A stretch of DNA of 56,419 nucleotides, filler included, from Dimargaris cristalligena (Eukaryota), in assembly GCA_003614675.1 (NCBI GenBank). It is 3 parts of 3 records of this genome, joined end to end, with 100 filler letters (N's around TTAATTAATTAA, not from the genome) between each part and the next. Parts side by side here need not be neighbours in the genome. Positions count along the whole stretch, not along the records: positions 1 to 18,766 come from ML002755.1; positions 18,867 to 37,605 come from ML002756.1; 1 more part is not named here. The stretch is one strand, 5' to 3'. The notes below the pieces were generated by a model. That model saw only the letters and a list, made by a program, of their open reading frames with translations. It ran no database searches and had not been told where the DNA came from. Shown here one piece after another: positions 10,856 through 20,503 of the stretch (positions are counted from its first letter, which is position 1; each line of letters begins with the position of its first letter). The position numbers and the translations under genes are program-made.

Positions 10856-13270
10856 AACTTATAGTGATTGAGAGAGATAGAGAGGGCGTGTGCGTCGTTT
10901 ATCGAGATTAGTCAGCGTATGGAGTGGGGGGCTTCAATGTGAAATGTCGGTCCCTTGCTTTGCCACCATCCCCGATATTTACCTTTTGACAGTCCGCCTT
11001 TTTAGTATTATGAAAATTAAAATCTTCCAACTTTAACTATGTGCAAGGTTAGATTCATATCAGTCGTTAAAAATCGAGAACCTGTTCGCTTTCCAGGCCT
11101 CTCTATTGCCCAAGTAAACTAATCTAAACCTAACCATTCGTTGTCGTCGTTCGGAGAGACCCAAGCGTCATTGGGGTTCATTTTTCTATTTGGGGGTTCC
11201 ACCATTTCCTAACATGTCCAATAACAGGGTGAGTATTATCCAACTAAAGTATATTTTTATAGGTTGGCGTGCTCAGCCCTATTCAACCATATAGGCAGGG
11301 GCTTTTATCATTAAACCGAATTTGGAGGCCGGGGAGTCGCGGGTTTAACCGCCAGTGAACGGCACCGAATTCCTGGTGCGCTACGGAGGGATAGGAGTGG
11401 TGGGTAGTATCCAGGGTCCTCAGTACTGAGGGATTCGCAAGGGCGGTGATATTAACGACCCTCGCAGACCCTGAATTACTGTGGGTAGACCCCTCTCTAC
11501 CCATGATGGCAATGTAAGGGGACTTCTCACCCCCCATTTACACACTTGGCCCTCTCGTATTTTTGGCAGCTGGGCGCAAGCGGACGAGAAAGAAATGGAA
11601 ACATACCGTACCGTTCTATTTTCATTTCCATGAGCACTACACCATGGTAGGCAATTGGACACCGTGACTGAGAAATAGAGGGGAATAGGGGAGGGGGACA
11701 GATCACAATCCAACTACAGACGAATTGAATCGACTAGACTAGACCCCAAAAGTAGTGGATCTGGCTATACTACGCGTTCCCAAAGTTACTACTATTATTA
11801 TTTCAGTCCGGGAGGGCTCGCGCCCCTTCCCCTATAGAGAGAGAATCCCTCTATAACCAACCACCTAGCTACCTGGAATTCAGGGGTCCTGTGCTATTGG
11901 GGAAGGTTGGCTACCACTAGTTGTATTGCAATGACCGTATACCATATAGATCACTGGGCCTCTCCCCCTACATCCAGTTGTGTTGGATAGCACTCGCCAC
12001 CGGTTCACTGAAGCCATGTCAAAGTCGCCCCCTAACCCTTCCACGACTCAAAAAAGGGCAATCGGTCCGATGTAATGTCAATCACCAGTCGGACATTATG
12101 GTCCCGGTTTTTACCTGGGGTTTCAACTTCGGTATATACAGGAAACTACACTCAAAGAGCATCTGATAGCCGAGTTATTTAGAGAATATGGCAAAGTTGG
12201 GATGGTTGTAAGTAACTTCTATTGTCGTGTGAAAGGGGTACCAATGGCAATGAAAGTAAGCAAGTGCCAATAATAATTCCAACACTGATCCCCTACTAAT
12301 CGGAACCTAAATAGCCGAAGGCTATGCAATGTGGTCAATTTTTAACCCCATTAGGCAACTGATACACCAGGAGTGTATCGAAATGTGTAGTTTTTTTTTG
12401 CAATTCCGGATGCCCATTATTATACCCCAAATCTTGGACGAAGCATTCAAGTTCACCAATCGCATCGATACACAGTATGCTTAATGTTGCTGGCTGTGCT
12501 GTCATAGTCAACTCACTAGGGTTATTTTGCAAGGTTCTTATAATTAACAATACATAATACTAGAAAATCCACGCATAATGCAATCTTGCTATGCCGTAAG
12601 CTAATTTAAGTGCTTAGCAGCCATCTACTTCTTGCTACCAAATTGATTTCAGCCTCCCCGTGCCTGAATTAGCCACTCGGGGAAGAGTACTGGAGCTAGG
12701 GTAAATTGGTCCCAGGGATTCGGATAGGATAATTCCAGTGCTGACTATCATACCCATGAGATGTTAAGGGTACATGCCATAGACACGTCGACCCTGAACT
12801 TAAGGAACGGAGCCATCTACCAATAGGAGAATAGTCCCATGTCCACACCACTCTATCGGACTGAGGTAAGGGCAGGGTACTAACGCGGAATAGGGCCCTA
12901 TTTGCAAATGTGTCCGGTGGGTTGACCAGGCCATGGTAGTGATTACAAAATACCGATGAATAATAGGGGTGGAAAGCGGCGGTGTGCGTTACTGAGAAAA
13001 CTCTGGCCAGGGCAATATCCCTGGACGGTGATTAGTGCGTGCTTGGTCCCAAGGGTCCAACCAAAAACAAGTCAGCTTACCGACTAAGGGGCTCTCTGAT
13101 CAGTAAATAGTGATGGGTTAGCTTAGCTAACTAAACCGACGCGAGAGGGAACAGAAAAGAGTTCAACAGACGATTAGTCACCGGAACGTGCCTGGGGTAT
13201 TGCGAGTAGACACGTTGCCAGAGTGTTAGACGCACTCCGCCCGTCCATCGGCGCCAACCGAATACAGCCA

Positions 13271-13278
13271 TATAAATA
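13271..13278 (+). promoter_or_regulatory. Candidate TATA box of the repeat-peptide precursor gene
   Basis: TATAAATA lies about 140 bp upstream of the ATG at 13417 and is followed by a pyrimidine-rich leader. Confidence 0.5.
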
Positions 13279-13416
13279 GATCCCCCATTAACCTCCCATT
13301 AGACTTAGAATTATCTCTTCACCATCGGACAGCCAGGCTTGTAGTCTATCTTACGACCTTTAACGACCTTTTTAGTTTTCCTTATCACCCCCTTCCAGCT
13401 TATAATAATTTACACA

Positions 13417-15084
13417 ATGCGTTTCACTGCCACTTTCGCTCTCATCGGTCTTTTGGCCATGGCTGGTGCCGTCTCTGCCGCTGACCCCGCCGTGGCTGAT
13501 GTGGCTGCTCCCTCGGACAACCCGGTGGTTATGGCTGATGCTCCCTCCGGCGCTGCTGACACCATGTCCATCGTCGACATGAACCCCTCCGAGGATCTGA
13601 CTGAGTTCGTTGACACGCCGATGGATGCCTCAGCCGCCGAAGAGCCCGCCATGGCTGATTCCCCCGCCGAACAGCCTGAGCAACCCCAGGATATGGAGGA
13701 TGACCAAGATAACGTGATGTTCATGGATGAGGCCGACGCCGACGCCGAAGATAACGATTCTCACGCCGATCTTATGCGTCGCAATTTCCAGCAAACTAAG
13801 GAGAAGAATGGAATGGTAAGTCTCCCCATAATTTTCGGATCCAAGAACCAGACAACCTGGATGCAGCGCCACCACGAGGGCCTTTATCATAACATCCGCC
13901 CTTTAATTGGCAAGCCCTACAGACCCGCCCACAGGGCCACCAGATACCGTCGTGACTTCCAGTAGACAAAAACTAAGAGTGCTTTCATTGATATATCTAT
14001 TGTTTTTGATTTCAAGGGCCAGAAGACTTGGATCGGGCGTTCTAGCCAGGTCAAGCAATCCCGCCCGGACTACGACGGCAGCCATGGTCGCCAGTATGCA
14101 CCCAAGTATCGCCGCGACTTTCAGCAGACCAAGACCAAGAGTTCCTTCATTGATACCCCCATCGTCTTCGACTTCAAGGGTCAGAAGACCTGGATTGAAC
14201 GCCCCAGCCAGGTCAAGCAAGCCCGTCCCGACTACGGCCACGGCCACGGCCGGCAGTACGCCCCCAAGTACCGCCGCGATTTCCAGCAGACCAAGACCAA
14301 GAGTTCCTTCGTCGATACTCCCATCGTCTTCGACTTCAAGAGTCAGAAGACCTGGATTGAACGCCCCAGCCAGGTCAAGCAAACCCGTCCCGACCACGAC
14401 CGCGGCCACGGCCGGCAGTACGCCCCCAAGTACCGCCGCGATTTCCAGCAGACCAAGACCAAGAGTTCCTTCGTCGATACTCCCATCGTCTTCGACTTCA
14501 AGAGTCAGAAGACCTGGATTGAACGCCCCAGCCAGGTCAAGCAAACCCGTCCCGACCACGACCGCGGCCACGGCCGGCAGTACGCCCCCAAGTACCGCCG
14601 CGATTTCCAGCAGACCAAGACCAAGAGTTCCTTCATCGATACCCCCATCGTGTTTGACTTCAAGGGCCAGAAGACCTGGATTGAGCGTCACAATGCCCCC
14701 GCCCCCGCCCGCGACTACGACCATGGACACGGCCACGGCCACAGTCGTCAATATGCTCCCAAGTACCGCCGCGATTTCCAGCAGACCAAGACCAAGAGCA
14801 CCTTCATCGATACTCCCATTGTCTTTGATTTCAAGGGCCAGAAGACCTGGATTGAACGCCCCAGTCAGGTGAAGGCTGCGCCTGCTCCCCGCTACCGCAA
14901 GCCTTTTAGCAAGTCCTATGCTACCAAATACCGCCGCGATTTCCAGCAGACCAAGACCAAGAGTTCCTTCATCGATACTCCTATCGTATTCGACTTCAAG
15001 GGCCAGAAGACTTGGATTGAGCGCCACAATGCCCCCGCCCCGGTGACCCGCGAACGTTACGGCAAGAGCTATAACAAGTATTAA
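13417..15084 (+). CDS. Secreted Kex2-processed repeat protein (KEP)-type peptide precursor, 8 repeats, one in-frame TAG at 13963-13965
   Basis: Track ORFs 13417..13965 and 14650..15084 are in the same frame, which runs for 555 codons with only one internal TAG. It encodes signal peptide MRFTATFALIGLLAMAGAVSA, an acidic pro-region, then RR-DFQQTKTKSSFIDTPIVFDFKGQKTWIER... units starting at 13783, 13954, 14116, 14278, 14440, 14602, 14773 and 14938. Confidence 0.85.
13783..15081 (+). repeat. Coding tandem repeat, 162-171 bp unit (54-57 aa including RR; last unit shorter), 8 copies
   Basis: Units 4 and 5 (14278-14601) read as identical at DNA level. Units 1 and 2 are diverged. Confidence 0.95.
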
Positions 15085-15464
15085 ATTTCAAATACTTCCC
15101 ACCCCCTGCCTGTCTATCCAATTAATGTACTCTGCATCATTGATTACGGCGAGCTTTCGTATCGCCACAGTAGCTAATCGGCTTTCCACCACCCAATACC
15201 GCTCTTTTATCGGCTACTCTAACCGCACTTCACCCTCCCGGGTTTATTGATTACTTTTACGACTTACCTAATGATCATTACGTATACCCTAATAAATATT
15301 GACGGCTGTTCATAAAAATATAAAATAGAGTATTTTAATCACATGCTTTAGTTCTTATAAGTATTAACCGCAGGCAGATATATGTAAGTCGTTCACAGAT
15401 GAAGAAACATGCATCATTCCCCACTTTGGGAAACGGATACGGCAGAGTTTGCCGAGGATTCTTT

Positions 15465-16067
15465 TCAAGCAGGCTTCTTTGGCACACGGGTCTGGTTAGC
15501 CCGAAATTCCCTAATTTTCTGCCGAACGATAACTTGGATTTCGCGTTGGAACGCTTCACGATAACCGAACATGAACAGGACCTCTAGGAATACGAAGAAG
15601 GGTGCCATAAGCAGTGCTTGGGCCACGTTATCCAACAACGCCGGGGCCCGTCCTTCGAATTTGGCGTGGCTGTAGAATTGGGCAAGCCAGGAAATGACGT
15701 GGACCCCCACTCCCACGGCCAACACTTGGGGAAGGTCCATGGAATGGGCCAGTGAGGTGGCGGTTAGGTACATCGTCAACAGAATGGGGAGGTAGAGGAG
15801 TGCGGCGGTGGGATCGAGGACTAGGTAGTAGGCGAAGAACACCAGAAGATTGAGCAGGGCGTAGTTGGGCTCTAGGCCGAGGCGGGTGAGTTGGCGTACC
15901 AGGAAGTGGTTGGGGTCGACGAAACCCATGGGGCCGAGGGTGGCCAGAAGCACCCAGAAACTCCAAGTGATGGCCGGAACAAACACAATGTGGACCCAGA
16001 CATTGCGTTTGTCATTGTGGTAGGCACCATAGAAGGAAAATTGGTCTTTGAGGTTAAAGAGGCCCAT
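15465..16067 (-). CDS. MPO1: Mpo1/DUF962 family ER membrane 2-hydroxy fatty-acid dioxygenase
   Basis: 200 aa from the ATG at 16067: MGLFNLKDQFSFYGAYHNDKRNVWVHIVFVP ... HVISWLAQFYSHAKFEGRAPALLDN. Conserved His motifs and hydrophobic helices. The upstream part of the 320-aa ORF looks non-coding. Confidence 0.88.
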   Translation of the reverse strand: MGLFNLKDQFSFYGAYHNDKRNVWVHIVFVPAITWSFWVLLATLGPMGFVDPNHFLVRQLTRLGLEPNYALLNLLVFFAYYLVLDPTAALLYLPILLTMYLTATSLAHSMDLPQVLAVGVGVHVISWLAQFYSHAKFEGRAPALLDNVAQALLMAPFFVFLEVLFMFGYREAFQREIQVIVRQKIREFRANQTRVPKKPA

Positions 16068-17275
16068 GTTCGAGGACGGCTGAAGTGGATAGCAGTGGAA
16101 AGGGAATGTGAAGCGAGGGGGGGGAGGGGAGAGATAAGTTCCCAGTCGAGCCAAAGGAAATGGGCAAGAAGGGTGTTGGTTGAAGAACAGCAAAGTGAAA
16201 GTCGAAAAGGAGTGAAAGCCCCTATTTATCAAAGCGGTATACAAGTTAAGAGTAGGGCGGGAGAAAGTTTTGTGAGATACCTTTAAGCGCAAGAGGAGAA
16301 AGTGGGCGCTTAAATGTATTGCGTATACAGCCTTAGCGAGGTGCTGCTTCTTCCATGGTTTTTTCACTCGACTGCCGGTCGATCGCCGAAATGACGGTAC
16401 CATCATTATAACCCCATTATTCCCCATTGTGCTGGTTCCTTTTCTTTGGCCTACAATATGGGGTCTCTCTCCTTCACCTCCTGAGATGCGCGGGGGTCAC
16501 ACGGACCGGCTATGGGCGTTGCCACCCGCAAACGTGTTCTCGTTATTCGGCTATTTACAACCCAACGTGGGAACCAACTATTCCGATTTTCCAAAGAGGC
16601 AGTGGGGCGACCCACACAGTCCGCCATTGAAATTCGATTCTTTAAGTGTATATTTAACTACCGCCCTCATTATCCGGCACAGTGGGACGGAGCGGGGTTA
16701 CTTCGCGCAGTAAACCCTAATGCATGCCTAGGGGGTTGTATTCTTGGTACATTGTTGGTGCATACCAAAGTAATGCAGGGCAGCGATGTGTCTCAGGCGG
16801 GGGGGAGGTTATGATTGTTTTACCTCCGTGGTGATTTCTCAGGATGACTGAAGACGATGATAAGTACGAAATCCCAGATGCTGCTCTGCAGAGGCGCAAC
16901 CCTGGCGGGTATATCCAGTGCATATTAAATGTTTCACGATGAGCAAAATCTACCCCATTGGCCAAGTTTCGGGGGATCGCCATTCATATATTAAATGCAA
17001 TCCCTGCTTGACATATTGCAGTGATGTGTCACTTCCACGGTGGATTGCATTGGGAGATCAGGTTTTTCGGGGCATGGTGGCCATTATGCCCTTGGGGGAT
17101 TTCTCAATGGTTTACATATCGGTTAAGGTTACTATAAAAAGTAAGCAATTGTTGCTGATATGTATTTAGCCTGTGCGGCGGTGGGGGTACAGGGTCTTTG
17201 CGGGGAGCTCGGGAGGGACACGGGCACAGAGGGCGGAGGCATTTCCTGCAAGGAATAAAGTTGGGGATATGGATA

Positions 17276-17460
17276 TACTCGGAAAGGCACTAAAATACTG
17301 ATAAAACTCGGAAAACACTAATGCTCGGACAAAACCCTGATAACTCTGAATAACTCAGGAATACTCTGAATAACTCTGATAACACTGGTAAACTCTGATA
17401 ACTCAGGAAACTCTGTAAATATTCAGAAATGACACTGAAAACTCTGAAAAGAACACTCAA
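17276..17460 (+). repeat. Degenerate 9-10 bp minisatellite (AACTCTGAAT/ACTCGGAAA-like)
   Basis: More than 15 imperfect tandem units, e.g. taactctgaa taactcagga atactctgaa taactctgat. Confidence 0.7.
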
Positions 17461-17810
17461 AGCAGGAACCCATTTTCCTGGAGACATGCATGTGGAATGG
17501 TCTGATTTATTAATAGTTTGGAACTACTGGTGCTATTTATACAGCACCAGTGAGAATATGGGAGAAGTTCATTCAGGCCGTATAATGAAAAATCCGTTGG
17601 ATGGGGCCAATGTTACTGGTTAAAAGCTATTCTCACATATTCGCCCGTACACGTATTATATAAAACCTTATACAGCTGGTTTGAATTTCATCCATATAGT
17701 AAACAGTGAATTAGTGCAAATTAGCAATGGAGACCAAATATTAGCTTTAGCAGATTTAATAACAAGTTACTGCAGTGCCAGGAATCATTAAATGAATAGA
17801 ACTGTTGGGT

Positions 17811-18397
17811 TATCAGACTACCCCATCCTCCTTAATCCAGGCACCCTAATGTCTATCCCTATTAGACCTTATAGTACCATATTAACCTTCCCATAGTCAT
17901 CCCCAGTACTATGTGGGATCATCCTATATCATATAACCCTTCCTCTTCTGGACTCTGCCTCTTTGTATTAATAAATCAAGTACTGATCCAATGACTCTTC
18001 CAGTTATCATCAGAGTCTTCCAGACCCTAATGGCCATCTAGTTGGCCTACTTTACTATACCTTAGTCTTAGCAGTATCCTTCCACTGGGGCCTCCCTCTG
18101 GAGTTACCCACATATTTTTATAACTAGGCCCCATTAGCACCAGTTAAATTCCTTAGTTTATTTCTTACCCCCCTGGTTTACCCCTAATAAACCCTATATA
18201 TACTCATCCCCCTTATACTGACTAGCAAGTATGCCTGCTGCATGTCCCTTGCCTATACCTGCACTTAGCCTTTATTAGTTAGTACCATACCTGTACCTGA
18301 TACTAGTAGCCCACTTGGCCAAGCCTAAGCCCCACCTACCATTAGAAGTCTATCATCAGGACTCTTGACATACTAAGAGTGGTTAACTCAGGTGACA
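17811..18397 (+). mobile_element. LTR family A copy
   Basis: Ends TATCAG...GTGACA. Colinear with 822-1400 over its full length. No matching TSD on the right side. Confidence 0.8.
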
Positions 18398-18696
18398 GTA
18401 TCAATGTGAGATTTGGTTAAATCACTAGGCTATTAGGCTATATTAATACTTTATGCAGGGAGCTAAGAGAAATACCAGACAGATAAGACATTTTAGGAGC
18501 ATTTATATTAAAACCTGGAAAAACATAATGAATTAGAAGAAATGATATGTATTATTGAAGAAAATACTATAAGAGATAATCAACAGTGTAAATTATTGCA
18601 ATAAAAAATGTTATTTATGCAAAAGAATAGATTTTTACCTAGGTTAACTGCTCTATTAACTAGGCTATCTATTCTGGGTCTATCAAGAGTTCTGGG

Positions 18697-18766
18697 TGTA
18701 AAGAACTGAACTCAAATCCTTGAAAACTGAACTTTATTTGAAAAGATAGATAATAAAAGGGAAATG
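18697..18766 (+). mobile_element. 5' end of LTR-like family C, cut by the contig end
   Basis: Starts TGTAAAGAACTG and is the reverse complement of 24-94. Confidence 0.6.
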
Positions 18767-18866
18767 NNNNNNNNNNNNNNNNNNNNNNNNNNNNNNNNNN
18801 NNNNNNNNNNTTAATTAATTAANNNNNNNNNNNNNNNNNNNNNNNNNNNNNNNNNNNNNNNNNNNN
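18767..18866. other. Artificial contig spacer
   Basis: N44-TTAATTAATTAA-N44, exactly 100 bp, with stop codons in all six frames. Confidence 0.97.
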
Positions 18867-20400
18867 TGTAGAAAGAATGGGTTAAAAGGGAAGGGAAAAA
18901 AACTGGATATACCAGACAAAAAAGCCGCTTCATAACTTATATATAAATATAATAATCAAATAGTAATACTTTATACCTGTGGCAATCAAGAGGACACTCC
19001 ACCTTGCCACAATGCTACTAAGGTATATATAAGAAATTGACTAAACTAAATAACCATAGCTAAGATTAAAGCTGCGATAATTGTAGGACATAAAAAACCT
19101 AAAGATAGGGGAAAAATTGACCTACTAGCTAAACTATGATCATGAATGGGTTAAAAAAGAACCAAAATATAGAAATTGGAAGGTTGGAAGACACAGCCTT
19201 CCCAGTCCTCCTTCATATCAGATATTGATAAAACTAAGAAAAAGAATTCATACAAAGAAGTTGTATGGTGTGATTCCAAGAAGGAATCCACCAGAGGCTG
19301 GTTATTCCCAAGCCCCGCTCATAAAGGATCATTAATAGCATAAAAGTAGTAATATGAGGTAGTCAATTATCATAGTTTTAAAATCACTATTGACTTTGAC
19401 AACCTATAACTTTGCCAATAATAGATGGAAAAGTAAATGGAAATATGATTTGGAAAGCTGAATGATAAGAGAATCAGCTAGCATAAAGAAATAAAATAAT
19501 ACTCTCGGCCCCAGACTATTCCCATGGAAATAACTTGTCAATTGTCTGGGGACCTTGAATTCATCCAAAGTATGACTACTTCTTGGATTGGTAATGTGTA
19601 CTGGGGCTTACACAGCCTCTGCCCAACTGCCCATGGCAGCACACATACACCTTATATAAAGATAGATTATTTTTTACCTGCCATAATACTAATAACTTAA
19701 CTTGCAACCATCATCTGCAGAGTATGATCCAGTTCACTGTGGTTAACTCAGAGCATGCTCATTTCTTTTTGCTAAATTATGTACATCTCAGTAGGTGGAT
19801 CCTTGTTTTTTAAACTATCAGAGTATCTACCCCACTGTTGCACACCAGCTTGTGATACATAAACATGCTTATTACTTAGTGATAATATCAATCAATGACT
19901 ATAGTTTAGCTAGGGGTGTCCTAGAAACTCTAAGAATTTGTAAATGCTAAGCCCTCTGGTCTGAAAATATATAGGAGTTGGTCATGCATAGAAAGTAGTC
20001 AGATTCAATAAATTATTAATATTGGATAGTAAAGATTATATTAAGCCTGTATATAGCTAACTCTTGTAAAACCATTAAAATAGTTCTAAAAGAATATGAC
20101 TAGGGATAACTGCTTTATCTAGTGCCATGTACCAATAGTGTTCTCACAACAACAACTACTGCCTCAATAGTTGTTGGCCAACCTCTGATCTTGATTCTAC
20201 TGAGAGAGATTATGCATAATCTATGTATAGAATTCCAATTAAAATGTTAGAGCATTGATTTTCACTGCGAGCTTGTATTGATATAGTATATAATAACTCT
20301 AGTTTAGAGCAAAGAGCAACAACTGCAGAGTGTTTATCAATTCTGAGAAAAATTGCTTCATAAAATGCTTTTAGAATTAAAGAAAACAAAAGGTGAAACT
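18867..20400. mobile_element. AT-rich, CpG-depleted degenerate transposon relic, including repeat family D at ~19630-19864
   Basis: No long ORF and very few CG dinucleotides. 19630-19864 is the reverse complement of 35753-36186 once the LTR insertion there is removed. Confidence 0.6.
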
Positions 20401-20503
20401 GGAAGAGCCAACACATTATAAGAACATATATAAATATAACATTTATATATTAAGCACAATATTGAATAAGCGTACAGATCAAAATATTAGAGATTCCCAA
20501 CTC

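Noticed and set aside
13963-13965. Genome-wide TAG-to-Gln reassignment as the explanation for the internal stop
   Set aside because: TAG ends other genes at their expected C-termini here: hydrolase 10855, CLASP 34094 and mitochondrial carrier 52641.
13903-15027. 374-aa antisense ORF and 321-aa shifted-frame ORF (13907-14872) over the repeat array
   Set aside because: These are shadows of a codon-biased tandem repeat, since one stop-free unit is multiplied. Unit-to-unit differences fall mainly at third positions of the 13417 frame, which also carries the signal peptide and RR sites.
13783-15081. CRISPR-like array (conserved repeat plus variable spacer)
   Set aside because: Unit lengths are multiples of 3, the variable parts are homologous and coding, there are no cas genes, and the context is eukaryotic.
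16068-16427. N-terminal extensions of the MPO1 ORF, and likewise of the ERD2, METTL26, ETFB and carrier ORFs in the track
   Set aside because: They start at TTG/GTG or run through pyrimidine-rich leader sequence. Family homology begins at the downstream ATG.
18811-18822. TTAATTAATTAA palindrome as a biological site
   Set aside because: It is centred in N-runs and duplicated exactly at 37650-37661, so it is a synthetic six-frame stop linker.
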